Of a stretch of 64,000 nucleotides of DNA, positions 36,543 to 48,704 are shown piece after piece. Where the stretch lies: NCBI GenBank assembly GCA_964187785.1, contig OZ076419.1:36394001-36458000 (forward strand), in the 5' to 3' direction. Position numbers and translations under genes: made by a program. The notes under the pieces are model-generated. The model was not told the DNA's origin and searched no databases. It worked only from the letters and a program-made list of their open reading frames with translations. The number at the start of each line of letters is the position of its first letter. Within the stretch, counting starts at the first letter, position 1. Source of the stretch: Amphiscolops sp. MND2022. Lineage: Eukaryota.

Positions 36543-39500
36543 CAAGTTGACAGTCTCTGAAACAAAAACATATACCAATCAATATTATCTTTTTTCCAAA
36601 TCAAAACGTATCTTATCGAACAAAAATCAGTTCTCAAATTTAGAAAGGTCCTGAACTTGAAATCCTTGGCTTTCATTCAAGTTGTTCGGCCATAAATAAA
36701 GAAGGCCAAAAGGAAGCTTTGAAAAGAATTGTAGTACTGAAAGTATTACTATACTACTGAAAGTAATTCTACATTGTCAAAAAAAAGATTAATTTGAACA
36801 TTGTTTGTTGATAGACGGCAACCAGGTTATGGACCGCTGTTTGCCTTTGAAGAATCCAGAAAACGTTAAAGAATTTACGAATATACGAAGAATCTTCAGA
36901 ACAGTTGTTAGGCATGCTGCCATTTCTTATTATGATTGTGAAGATTCCACAAACATAATTGAAAATAAGGGCTTTTGTGAAGAATCCAGGAAAGCTTGTG
37001 AAGAATCCAGAAAACTTTGAAGAATTGACGAAAATCGAAGAATCTTCACACCCATTATTAAACATGGGAATCATATATTATTAATATTGTGAAGAATCCA
37101 CAAAACCATTTCCTCATTTCTTGAAAATTCCACTTTTACACTCTAATATTATTGTCTGAATTCTTCCGTCAAATCGGCGACACTTTGAAGTTCACTTTTT
37201 CCTCATTTCTAGAAAACACATTTTGGTAGTCGCAAAAGCCAATTTTCCTCAATTCTTGAAAACACAAAGTTCCCTGTTTTGCGTCGTCTGGCAGCTTTGT
37301 ACTTGGTCGGGAAATGACTTGACGCATCACTTTCATGATGACCGTGCCTCAAGCTCTTACAGCTTCGGGAGCGGAGGTGTTCAACAAAGCAGACCCTTGC
37401 AGTTGTTTGCTGTCCCTCCTTCAACTCAACAGTCTCTGCAACCTGCGCATCCTCAAGCTAGAGAGCCCGCGGGCTCTCAAGCACCCCCTCATCGCAGACC
37501 AACTCCTCCAGACATGTCAAGTCGCTTTTCCACAGAACAAGCAACCTTGTCTGCACTTCAAGCAATGGCAGCCAACCCAGACTATTCCATCTTCATGCGA
37601 AATACCGAGTATTCCCGCTAAACCTATTAACTCTATTCCAAATGCCAACCCTGCTGCAGACCAACCAGGCCACCCCAATACGGTGCCTCCGATCGCAGTC
37701 TTTCACCCTCCTGTGCCTCGACTTCCACTCAAAATGGTGGAGAACGCCGCCCAGCATCCAGGAAGCGCAATGAACGCTCCCCACCTCAATCTAAAGCTCC
37801 GAGGCACCAAAATGTGAGAAACAGCTCGTCAAGCAACCCACAACCTGTCAATAAGGCCTCAAATGAAAAAACACCAATTAGCAAGCTATGTCAATAGAAA
37901 TCAGTGGTGTCGGAAGCGTCCGTGCTTTCGCCACCTTCATCCCCTCTATTGCTTGAGTCAAACCCACCGCAACCGCCATCTTCCGCATACCAGATCCCCA
38001 GCGAACCATGAAAGACATAATGCACGAGTATCCAGACTCAAAGGTGAAAAACAGTGGACCCACTGGTACTCCCTTAAGGAAACAAGCGGTGCAGAATCCC
38101 GGCGGTAAGAGGACCTTCATGAAGCAACCCACCCACCTACCGCCAATGCCAAATGCCAAGGGAACGTTAGTGACATAGGGCGCCAGACGGACGCAGCAGT
38201 CATTGTCTCCCCTGGATGGCTGTACGAAAAGAATATGTGTCCCCCTAATGATGATGAACATGCTACTATGAAAAAAATGAATGACTCGGTATTCCTGGGA
38301 AGACCCCTACGAGCTGACTACACACAAACTTCTGAGTCTGCGTGGCTCAGTAGAGCAGTGAACATACTACCTAGCGTTGAGGACAATTACCTGGAATCGC
38401 TGAACCTCGGCCTACGGGACCAGTTCGAAGAGCGGTCATTACAGTGCCAAAAGTGTTTTGAATTTTGGCAGTGGATTTCGCTGGACGTCAGTTTTGGAAA
38501 GCGTACAGCGTAATCCACTAACAAATGCTGTTACGTTGCAGTCAATTCCACTTTTTTGAAAACTTCTTTGCTGTGATTTTCGCTGCAATGCATTGGATTC
38601 TACTATCAACTACTTTCAACAATCGAATCTTGCAGTGGATTCCACGTAACACTTCATGTGGGAGATTCAAATTATTCAGCTTTCACAAAATCAACACAAT
38701 TTCACAGAATTTGAGCGTTCAAAATAAGTTTGTCATGGATTAAGTTTTACATGATTTGAGTGGATTACGAACTTTTCTTAGCCGCGTATAGATTTGAGTG
38801 GATTACCGCGTTGTGGATTCCACTTTGGATTACAGTCAATTCCATTCGTTTTGCAAGTTGACAGTCTCTGAAACAAAAACATATACCAATCAATATTATC
38901 TTTTTTCCAAATCAAAACGTATCTTATCGAACAAAAATCAGTTCTCAAATTTAGAAAGGTCCTGAACTTGAAATCCTTGGCTTTCATTCAAGTTGTTCGG
39001 CCATAAATAAAGAAGGCCAAAAGGAAGCTTTGAAAAGAATTGTAGTACTGAAAGTATTACTATACTACTGAAAGTAATTCTACATTGTCAAAAAAAAGAT
39101 TAATTTGAACATTGTTTGTTGATAGACGGCAACGAGGTTATGGACCGCTGTTTGCCTTTGAAGAATCCAGAAAACGTTAAAGAATTTACGAATATACGAA
39201 GAATCTTCAGAACAGTTGTTAGGCATGCTGCCATTTCTTATTATGATTGTGAAGATTCCACAAACATAATTGAAAATAAGGGCTTTTGTGAAGAATCCAG
39301 GAAAGCTTGTGAAGAATCCAGAAAACTTTGAAGAATTGACGAAAATCGAAGAATCTTCACACCCATTATTAAACATGGGAATCATATATTATTAATATTG
39401 TGAAGAATCCACAAAACCATTTCCTCATTTCTTGAAAATTCCACTTTTACACTCTAATATTATTGTCTGAATTCTTCCGTCAAATCGGCGACACTTTGAA

Positions 39501-41164
39501 GTTCACTTTTTCCTCATTTCTAGAAAACACATTTTGGTAGTCGCAAAAGCCAATTTTCCTCAATTCTTGAAAACACAAAGTTCCCTGTTTTGCGTCGTCT
39601 GGCAGCTTTGTACTTGGTCGGGAAATGACTTGACGCATCACTTTCATGATGACCGTGCCTCAAGCTCTTACAGCTTCGGGAGCGGAGGTGTTCAACAAAG
39701 CAGACCCTTGCAGTTGTTTGCTGTCCCTCCTTCAACTCAACAGTCTCTGCAACCTGCGCATCCTCAAGCTAGAGAGCCCGCGGGCTCTCAAGCACCCCCT
39801 CATCGCAGACCAACTCCTCCAGACATGTCAAGTCGCTTTTCCACAGAACAAGCAACCTTGTCTGCACTTCAAGCAATGGCAGCCAACCCAGACTATTCCA
39901 TCTTCATGCGAAATACCGAGTATTCCCGCTAAACCTATTAACTCTATTCCAAATGCCAACCCTGCTGCAGACCAACCAGGCCACCCCAATACGGTGCCTC
40001 CGATCGCAGTCTTTCACCCTCCTGTGCCTCGACTTCCACTCAAAATGGTGGAGAACGCCGCCCAGCATCCAGGAAGCGCAATGAACGCTCCCCACCTCAA
40101 TCTAAAGCTCCGAGGCACCAAAATGTGAGAAACAGCTCGTCAAGCAACCCACAACCTGTCAATAAGGCCTCAAATGAAAAAACACCAATTAGCAAGCTAT
40201 GTCAATAGAAATCAGTGGTGTCGGAAGCGTCCGTGCTTTCGCCATCTTCATCCCCTCTATTGCTTGAGTCAAACCCACCGCAACCGCCATCTTCCGCATA
40301 CCAGATCCCCAGCGAACCATGAAAGACATAATGCACGAGTATCCAGACTCAAAGGTGAAAAACAGTGGACCCACTGGTACTCCCTTAAGGAAACAAGCGG
40401 TGCAGAATCCCGGCGGTAAGAGGACCTTCATGAAGCAACCCACCCACCTACCGCAAATGCCAAATGCCAAGGGAACGTTAGTGACATAGGGCGCCAGACG
40501 GACGCAGCAGTCATTGTCTCCCCTGGATGGCTGTACGAAAAGAATATGTGTCCCCCTAATGATGATGAACATGCTACTATGAAAAAAATGAATGACTCGG
40601 TATTCCTGGGAAGACCCCTACGAGCTGACTACACACAAACTTCTGAGTCTGCGTGGCTCAGTAGAGCAGTGAACATACTACCTAGCGTTGAGGACAATTA
40701 CTTGGAATCGCTGAACCTCGGCCTACGGGACCAGTTCGAAGAGCGGTCATTACAGTGCCAAAAGTGTTTTGAATTTTGGCAGTGGATTTCGCTGGACGTC
40801 AGTTTTGGAAAGCGTACAGCGTAATCCACTAACAAATGCTGTTACGTTGCAGTCAATTCCACTTTTTTGAAAACTTCTTTGCTGTGATTTTCGCTGCAAT
40901 GCATTGGATTCTACTATCAACTACTTTCAACAATCGAATCTTGCAGTGGATTCCACGTAACACTTCATGTGGGAGATTCAAATTATTCAGCTTTCACAAA
41001 ATCAACACAATTTCACAGAATTTGAGCGTTCAAAATAAGTTTGTCATGGATTAAGTTTTACATGATTTGAGTGGATTACGAACTTTTCTTAGCCGCGTAT
41101 AGATTTGAGTGGATTACCGCGTTGTGGATTCCACTTTGGATTACAGTCAATTCCATTCGTTTTG
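36543..41164 (+). repeat. Tandem duplication of a 2311-bp unit (36543-38853 and 38854-41164)
   Basis: Every ORF repeats at +2311. I saw only 4 substitutions (C/G at ~36821, C/T at ~37934, C/A at ~38146, C/T at ~38390). Confidence 0.97.
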
Positions 41165-41449
41165 CAGTCAATTCCACAAGTTGAATAGTGGAATCGACTG
41201 CATGCCAAAGTGGAATTGGCTCCAAGCCAAAGTGGAATCGACTGTAAGCCGAAGTGGAATCCACTGCACTTTTCAGCGAATTTCACTGAAATTGAAATAG
41301 GCTGAAGCGATTGGTTCAGTTCAGGTGGCAATGGAAAGCAGTGGGGTTTGGTGCACCCATTTTTGTACATTAGCAAGATATGTTGGTGGAATCCAAAACA
41401 AGCTACAGCGGAATCCATTGAAAACCAGTGAAAAACATGTTTAATAATA

Positions 41450-44200
41450 CGTCAGTGGTTTTCGGTGACTTGATAGCACAAAAGTGTGCTAACCCACTTT
41501 TGGCACTGTAATGGTATGCAAATAAACTCCAGATACCAAAGAGACCTGGAAGCGCAGCTATTAATGTCAAAAGAAAGGTCAGCGTGCCCTTATACGCCTT
41601 GTTGGTGGACTCAACCTTCCAGAAGAATACCCCTATTGATAACGTGTTCTTAGAAGTGATGGTGAGGACGATACCTCTCTCCCGGATCCCTGAAATGACT
41701 GAGGTCGTAGTGATTGTTCGACCCTCATCCAGAACCCCCCCCCCCTCAAAGAGAGTGATTTTCAGCAATGTATTTGATCACCTGGCTTGCGATTGGCCAG
41801 GTTCTCTGAAATCGAGCAAAAAAAAACACGACAACAGCGCAGTGAACAGTCGTCTTGAACGCAGCCATCAATCTGGCAAGGGTCTTGGAGAAGGCTTAGC
41901 ACATTTTGGAAGAGAAATTGATTACTGCTTCGTTGTTTGTAACTCCTCCTGGTTAAAATCAGTGGCATTCAGTTTCGCAGCGTTTCGTATATCTAGTAAC
42001 AGAGATATGCGAATGTAGAGAAGGATATATTTGCTTCGAACATGCGAGTGATTAGCAGAGATCTTCGTCCATCCTGGCGCTCCTACATGGGGTACATCGT
42101 CTCGGTATCAAAGATTTTGCAATAGGTCGAGACCACAGGAAATTCACAGCTGACTCTGGATGACGCGATTCATTTCGATCACGGCACAAGAATGGCACTA
42201 TTGATGCTCAATGCCGAATGAGAACGCAGACTCCCTGAACCGTCAACCGCAGAATGTGAAGCCATCAGATTGCACAACTGGATGGATCGTGCCCGCTCTT
42301 TTGGTGAGAAAAAGTCGATAAAAACTGATTTGGCTGAAGTAAGTGCACAAATGGGAAAAGTCTCCGAAATCCGCGAGGTAGAGCGGGCGATACCAAGAGT
42401 GCCATTTGCCACAGACATTTGTCTGACAAAGATGTCACTTGGAATGTAGTATATCGTTACCAAGCTTACCTGCTAAACTTATGCGGAAGTTCATGCTTGT
42501 AATACGACCTACGATGTTGGTATCAACGATTACGAGCGGTCAAGATTGCTGACCTGGCAAAAGAGTTGAGGCTGACCACGGACCAATTCGCCTCGTGTCT
42601 GGGTCTGGACTGGGACCCAGACATAATCCGTGTAGAATTCGGATCAGAAAAAAGCGTCGTCGTAGAATTGAGTCAGACGATTGGAGAGGTGACTCTCAAT
42701 GAAGTGTTGGCACTGATGTTGGCTTTCGTCCAACAACGATTCGCAGCCGGACCAGTGATGATCCTAGCTGAGTTGGTAGCAGAATGTAGCCTGAAAAGTT
42801 TCTTTTCATATCTCGTGATTGCAAGGGGAGGAATGAAAGGACTCGTTGCGTTTGACGAAATCCTGAAAAAAAAGATGCCCAAGAGCATCCAGAACAATTG
42901 GAGGCAATGAAGCTGTCTCTATGGCATTGGATGTATTGCAGTCTAGTATTTTCCTCTGGCGTGTTCGCGGCTATTGGCTCGTCTCAGCCCCTGTACCACA
43001 GCCGGCAACTAACCTCAGAAGTTGCAGGATTTTCAACGCCGAGTCAGCTGGCTGACTTTACCTTGTCCGAAATAGAGGACTTAGTGCCAGTGTTAGCACC
43101 CGTGCTAACCCTAATTTACGGTGCAATAGGAATTCTCAGAAATCCAACGAAAACCCTGCGCCTGACCTCGGAATCCAAGTTTGTTCTTTTCAACATTCCT
43201 CAAAAACAAGAAACCACACGATTACCAGCAAAAGTTACAACGAGGTCTATTTCTACTTATGCCTCGAATGTACACACCATAAAAGCGGAAATACAACAGG
43301 ACTAGAATTTGATGGGGATCTTTCGCACTCGGACGAAGAAAGCGTCTGCCCTACCACGCGAGGTATCGATCAGTGAACTGGTATGGATCGCCACTTGATG
43401 CCTCGGGAGGGCCCATCCGCTATAACTGGGGTGTGTGTAGTCTTCGGACATACCTGAATGAGAGCTTGCGAGATCTGGGTGGCCATATCAATAGGGATTA
43501 CAGCTTCGAGATGATCAAGATACCGGCATGGTACTGGCAAGCGGCAATCGGGCTTGCAAGGGATAAACCAATCAATCTGGACGAGCGGGGATTTAATGAA
43601 CAATTTTGTTATCGCGGACCACCACAAGCTGGGAGCTTGGATGTCGCGTACGTTGGGGGCAGAGTGATACCACCCTAGGTTGCACCAGTGTGGAACCCCC
43701 AAAAGCACGGATGGCTATAGGCAATGACATGCCTGCGGATACCTGCTATAACGTAATGGAGTTTCTGAGCGAGCCCCTGGGACCCGAATGGGAACCGACG
43801 CGCGAGATAGTCGAACAAAAGAACAAAGAATGCTGGTCTAGTGCCTGCGGGCTCTGGAACAGACCCGGTTTGCGTCCGAAGATTAATGCAGAAGAGAAGA
43901 AAAACATAAACCCACGAGCAACCCAGATGAATGCTCCCAGTGCAACTCCGGGACAATTAGATGTGGCAATTCCACCAACTGCCGGCAATGACGTCACCGA
44001 AACCACTGAATCATTACAAACAATGACCAGCCAAGAATTCAGAGGGGAGCACTCTCCTGAGCCACTAACCTTTACATCCGTTGTGAACCTCTTGGAAGCG
44101 GATGATGGCCTCCATACTCCAGAGGGTGCAGTAACCCAGAAACAGTTAGAATTGAGGAAAACGAACGGGGACATCGCGAGAAAAGGGCATACTTGATCGA
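41450..44200 (+). other. Cluster of broken, coding-like ORFs of unknown family, possibly the 3' accessory region of another LTR element
   Basis: Consecutive plus-strand ORFs of 100-196 aa in a higher-GC stretch; no domain recognised. Confidence 0.3.
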
Positions 44201-44780
44201 AAACAGAGAGGGTGGAAATAACCATCAGAAGGGGAGACTTAACTCGACAGCTCCATGATGCGACATGATTTAGTTTATCGTGATTAGTAATTTGATGTAC
44301 GCAGTGTGTACTGTTGTTAGAGGTGAAGCCCGAGGGCTTCGCTCTCAATCCTACTTAGAAGTTGATTGAACTACACGCATTCACTAGGGCATTACCCATA
44401 CTACATATGTTTTCGCAAGAAAATTTTTTTTTCAAATCGCATTGAAGTTCTAGTTAGAAGCTCAGTGCTAATTATTGGTGCTAACGGAACACTTTCAGTT
44501 GCATAGTTGTATTTAGCTGGTATTTTTTGTTATAAAAGAGAAACCAAGAAACAGTAAACAAAAACGAACAAGAAACCAACGAATATTGTGAAAGTAAACA
44601 ATCTCTTCCCTCGAGTTGTAGGCAGGGAATGAGAAGAAGTCTCACAAAAGATATTTTATCGGCAATAAACTGTTCATAAGGCAGCTGCTCTCAAAAACAG
44701 TTTTCTTCCTCAGACGAGCAGTGAGATTCTCCCGAGCTTCTGAAAAGATATTTGAATAGTGTCTTGTGTTAGTAAGCGAG

Positions 44781-44980
44781 NNNNNNNNNNNNNNNNNNNN
44801 NNNNNNNNNNNNNNNNNNNNNNNNNNNNNNNNNNNNNNNNNNNNNNNNNNNNNNNNNNNNNNNNNNNNNNNNNNNNNNNNNNNNNNNNNNNNNNNNNNNN
44901 NNNNNNNNNNNNNNNNNNNNNNNNNNNNNNNNNNNNNNNNNNNNNNNNNNNNNNNNNNNNNNNNNNNNNNNNNNNNNNNN
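44781..44980. other. Assembly gap (200 N)
   Basis: Run of N. Confidence 1.
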
Positions 44981-45334
44981 TTTCTTCTCATTTTTTTTTC
45001 ATGGTGATCATGGGGATGCAATCCAGGGTATTTTTTTATCGCAGTCATTTCAGCGTTTAAATGCAGAGTTACACCACATTTTTCAAAACATCTTAGATAC
45101 ACCGTATGTTGGGTTTTTTTATTGACAACAAAACGATAATTGTCATATAGAATGACTTTATTTTTTTGGAGTCTACAATTTCAAACTCTGGCTGAGTCGA
45201 CTGCATTTCTGAAAATTAGTTTGCTCAAAATGAACATTCATATAATAAATCAAGCTAAAGTTCCGGACCCCGGGTATTGTTTGTTTTGTCTGGAAATTTG
45301 ACTTAATTTATTAAATGAATGTTTATTTTGTGCA

Positions 45335-45430
45335 AAATTAATCTTCGGACTCATGGGAATTAAAATTAATTTTCGGACTCGTGGTAATTAAAATTAATTT
45401 TCGGACTCGTGATCTTTCGGACTCGTGGGA
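45335..45430 (+). repeat. Short tandem repeat (~28 bp, AAAATTAAT(C/T)TTCGGACTC(A/G)TGG) x3 plus partials
   Basis: Directly visible. Confidence 0.8.
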
Positions 45431-45510
45431 AGACACTGATCATTGCCAGGCCTGTCGTCCGTGTCCAAATTTTTCAAAATGCTTCAAACTTCTGTTGCCG
45501 AGAACGTGTC

Positions 45511-47572
45511 TGTCGCAGCCCTCTAGGAGCAGCGAAATAACGAATACAAGGAGAACGCCAGAGGAAGGAAATAGAGAAATCAACCAGAAAGGGACCGAAT
45601 AAGAACATCATTCACCCTGAAAGAAACAATTAACAAACAACCCATCTAAACTATCCAACAAACATTATTAACCCAGCGCAGTACCTAAAATACATAAATA
45701 TGTAAATACTTAAATAATATTAAAGTGCTATTAGTGTGATTTGTTTACAGTAAAGCGACCAGCATATTGACCGAAATTAACTCAGCCAACACGCTGATCA
45801 ATTTACCGCTACAATAACAATGGAGCTAAAGCAGATTAAATTTCATTCCAATTTCATCGGACCAATCAGCGATTAGCGCAAATTCACCGCGCTAGCTGAA
45901 CAGCAATACCAGGCAGCTCACCAGTCGACCGAGTGCTGGGTCGCACGCCTGGTCGCACGCTTGAAACAACTGAAGCAATAGTATTACTGTATAGTATGTT
46001 GTGCTATTCTATCGTAAACACAGAGCTTAAAAGAAGCTCAAACCACAAATAAATAACTGATGGAAATAATGAAGGGTCTAAATGATGAAAGTATTTGTTT
46101 TATTATTTAGGTCAACCGCCTGGTCACCCAACTCTACTTTCCAAATGGGACAACCACCGGGACAACCGATCAAATATAGTTGATATTACTGTGCATTAAT
46201 TATTAGTGTAACTTGGATAATATTGTTAATTTGTCCTGATCCCCCCACCAGAGCAATATTTCGTTCGTTTTGTAGTTTTTTTATTCAAATATTACTGTGT
46301 TGGTAGAGCCCCACCCCGGTTCGACCGCCGGGGCAACTGCTTAGTTGAGAACGAATGAAAGATTAACTACATTGTGACAAGTGCTGATTATTAATTTGTT
46401 ATGAACGTTTATTGATTGAATGGCATATAATACTCACTAAAGCCATTAAAGTTGCGTTAAACCCCCCCCCCACTGTGTTGATTAACGATGTTCAATATCC
46501 GGTCAAGTGTTCCGGAAAATTTCAGTTTAACACTCCGCCCTGGCATTCGACCAGAACTTTAACCAACGAATTAATCCACCCAAATTGATCATTTTGTGTT
46601 CAGTTGATGAGAATAATAATGCCCGAATTCATATTTTTCCTAATTTAGTGCAGTTTTATTTTATTTAGAGTTTCATTTTCTTCGATGTAAACTTCATTTC
46701 CTTTTCCCGCCTCAGTAGCTAGGTTCATGAATTTCAGTGCTAACTTCAGTTCGGCGTCTTGAATTGGCGGGAAATGAAGAGGAAAGGTACGCGGAATTGG
46801 GACTTCGGCAGGAAGTTGATTCCCACTTTTCCTTTGAAGTGAGATGAAGCCGAAAGCCGAGTCCCGAGGAAGCGTACCTGACTTGGATTTTCTTGCCTCG
46901 GAAGGACGCCGAGCTGAACGAAGTGTGAATTCGCGAGCGGGATTTATCCCGCGTGTCTAGCGCAATGTATAAATACCTGAAGTGGGAAAAGGAAAAGGAC
47001 ATTGTTATTTTGATTTCGCGAAAGCTCAACTTTGATTTGTAATTCCCGAAACTTTGAATTTTGAGTTTTCAATTATTGATTGTACTCTTTTATTTGCTTG
47101 CGAACGTTTTCTTTGGATTTGAGACTGTATCTTTGCATTGGAACAAGCTTGTTCTAGAAACTCTTGATTTGTTCAACCACCAGTTAAACCAGTCGAATTA
47201 ACCTGTTTGGTCAACTAAACTTTTCGACGATGCCCGAGAAATCTCAGAAAAGGAAACTTAGGAGTGACCCAAGTAGTAGTTTGGAAAATGTCGAGTCTAC
47301 AAGCCAGGCTTCTGATGAAAATACTTGCTTGACTGATCAAGACTTCTCAGATATTTCAAACAAGATTGAAAATCGACTGTCCAAAAGACTAAGAGACGCA
47401 GAATTTGGACAAAGAAAAATTTTGAAATTAATCGAAAATCTAGCCGCGAAAGTAGATGGTCTTTCAAATTCCGCCACTGAACCTCCAGGTTCAATTCTAC
47501 GACATGATATCGAGCCTGAATCGATAGGGAACTCCGAACCCATCGGCAATTTAGTGAACGTTAGTTCCAACA
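45511..47572 (+). mobile_element. 5' LTR (2062 bp)
   Basis: Matches 59133-61152 from TGTCGCAGCC to TTAGTTCCAACA; carries a ~40-bp insertion near 46536-46577 relative to the 3' LTR. Confidence 0.95.
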
Positions 47573-48624
47573 TGGTGACAGGAGTCTCTGCGAACCATCA
47601 AGAAAATCATCAACGATCATCAAGTCTGCCACCTCCAAACCAGAAGTATCCCGATGACATCATTGATAAACTGTTACAATCGCTGCAAACGGCAACAACA
47701 AACAACTCAGGCGTCCCCAGGCTACCAAAAGCCATGTCCACTACGATGCCGACTTTCGACGGGAAAACGGACAAGTTCGAGCACTTTGAGGACCTTTTCC
47801 AGACAAGCCTCAAAGTATACCCGAACATCACTGAAGAAGAAAAGATCCATTACTTTCACTCCCTCCTGAGAGGCGAAGCGTTACAAACATTCAGGAACAT
47901 GACGGAAGCAACACGTGAACACCTGAATGACATCCTGGCAGGCTTCCGCAGGAGATACGTCCGACAGCAGTCAGTGGCAACTGCACGGTGCAAATGGGAA
48001 AATCTGTCATTTAACCCAAGCCAACAAACCTTCCCAGACTTCTTGGAGCAATACCAAAAACTAGCACAAGAAGCCTATGGAGAGGACGCCCCCCGATTCA
48101 TAGAAACATCCTTCTATGCAAAAATGCCACCACACCTCAAGAAGGTCCTAAACCAGGCAAGACTAGAAACAGAATCGTACGAGACAATGGTACAGCACTT
48201 GGAACGAGAAATCGAACTCAATGGACTCGCTACCAACGACAGCCTTTCAATCACAGGAGTCCACAACATCGAACCCAGTTCACAACAACAGCAACAAAAC
48301 AACCCCCCCAGAACAACGGGACCATGCTTTGGGTGCGCCAACCCAGGTCACCTCCTACGAAACTGCAGGAAAACCAATCGGGACAAACGATCCCAAAAAA
48401 CAAACGCCCCAACTCAATCCACTCCCTGCGAGACATGTGGCAAAATGAGCCACGAAACGAAAGACTGCTTCTCTGGAGCGAATTGGGCAAACCGCCCCTC
48501 ATGGTGGAAAACACCTAAAACAACGCCCCCCAATAATATTCCCATCACACAAAACCCACAAACGATCCCGATGCAGCAGCCACAAACCATGGCACCACCA
48601 GAAATGGAGTCAAAAAACTCCTAA
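47230..48624 (+). CDS. gag: Gag (464 aa) with two CCHC zinc knuckles; ORF opens inside the 5' LTR
   Basis: Capsid-like region plus CFGCANPGHLLRNC and CETCGKMSHETKDC. Confidence 0.93.
   Translation: MPEKSQKRKLRSDPSSSLENVESTSQASDENTCLTDQDFSDISNKIENRLSKRLRDAEFGQRKILKLIENLAAKVDGLSNSATEPPGSILRHDIEPESIGNSEPIGNLVNVSSNMVTGVSANHQENHQRSSSLPPPNQKYPDDIIDKLLQSLQTATTNNSGVPRLPKAMSTTMPTFDGKTDKFEHFEDLFQTSLKVYPNITEEEKIHYFHSLLRGEALQTFRNMTEATREHLNDILAGFRRRYVRQQSVATARCKWENLSFNPSQQTFPDFLEQYQKLAQEAYGEDAPRFIETSFYAKMPPHLKKVLNQARLETESYETMVQHLEREIELNGLATNDSLSITGVHNIEPSSQQQQQNNPPRTTGPCFGCANPGHLLRNCRKTNRDKRSQKTNAPTQSTPCETCGKMSHETKDCFSGANWANRPSWWKTPKTTPPNNIPITQNPQTIPMQQPQTMAPPEMESKNS
47573..47585 (+). promoter_or_regulatory. 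Primer-binding site TGGTGACAGGAGT, probably tRNA-Leu
   Basis: Begins immediately after the LTR-terminal CA defined by the LTR pair. Confidence 0.8.
48612..48618 (+). promoter_or_regulatory. -1 ribosomal frameshift slippery heptamer A AAA AAC
   Basis: X XXY YYZ phasing is correct in the gag frame, two codons before the gag stop. The -1 frame is open from here into the pol ORF (KKLLKPRLRFGDY...DLEMF). Confidence 0.8.
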
Positions 48625-48704
48625 AGCCACGTCTTCGCTTCGGGGATTATATCGATTACCGATTTTACACAACATCCGAACCCCCGAAGGACCACGATTT
48701 AGAG

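Larger units (their letters stand above)
14629..37284. mobile_element. Candidate giant (~22.6 kb) RAG1/Transib-like DNA transposon with chromatin-modifier cargo, decayed copy
   Basis: Inverted matches at the two ends (14629-14647 vs 37266-37284, 17/19; 14709-14730 vs 37106-37127, 21/22), inverted clusters of a GAAGAATCCAC-type motif near both ends, an internal DDE transposase gene, and a 17-bp motif seen only inside this span. No TSD or CAC terminus was found, so the exact ends are uncertain. Confidence 0.6.

Noticed and set aside
44710-45125. ORFs containing X runs
   Set aside because: Artefacts of translating through the 200-N gap.
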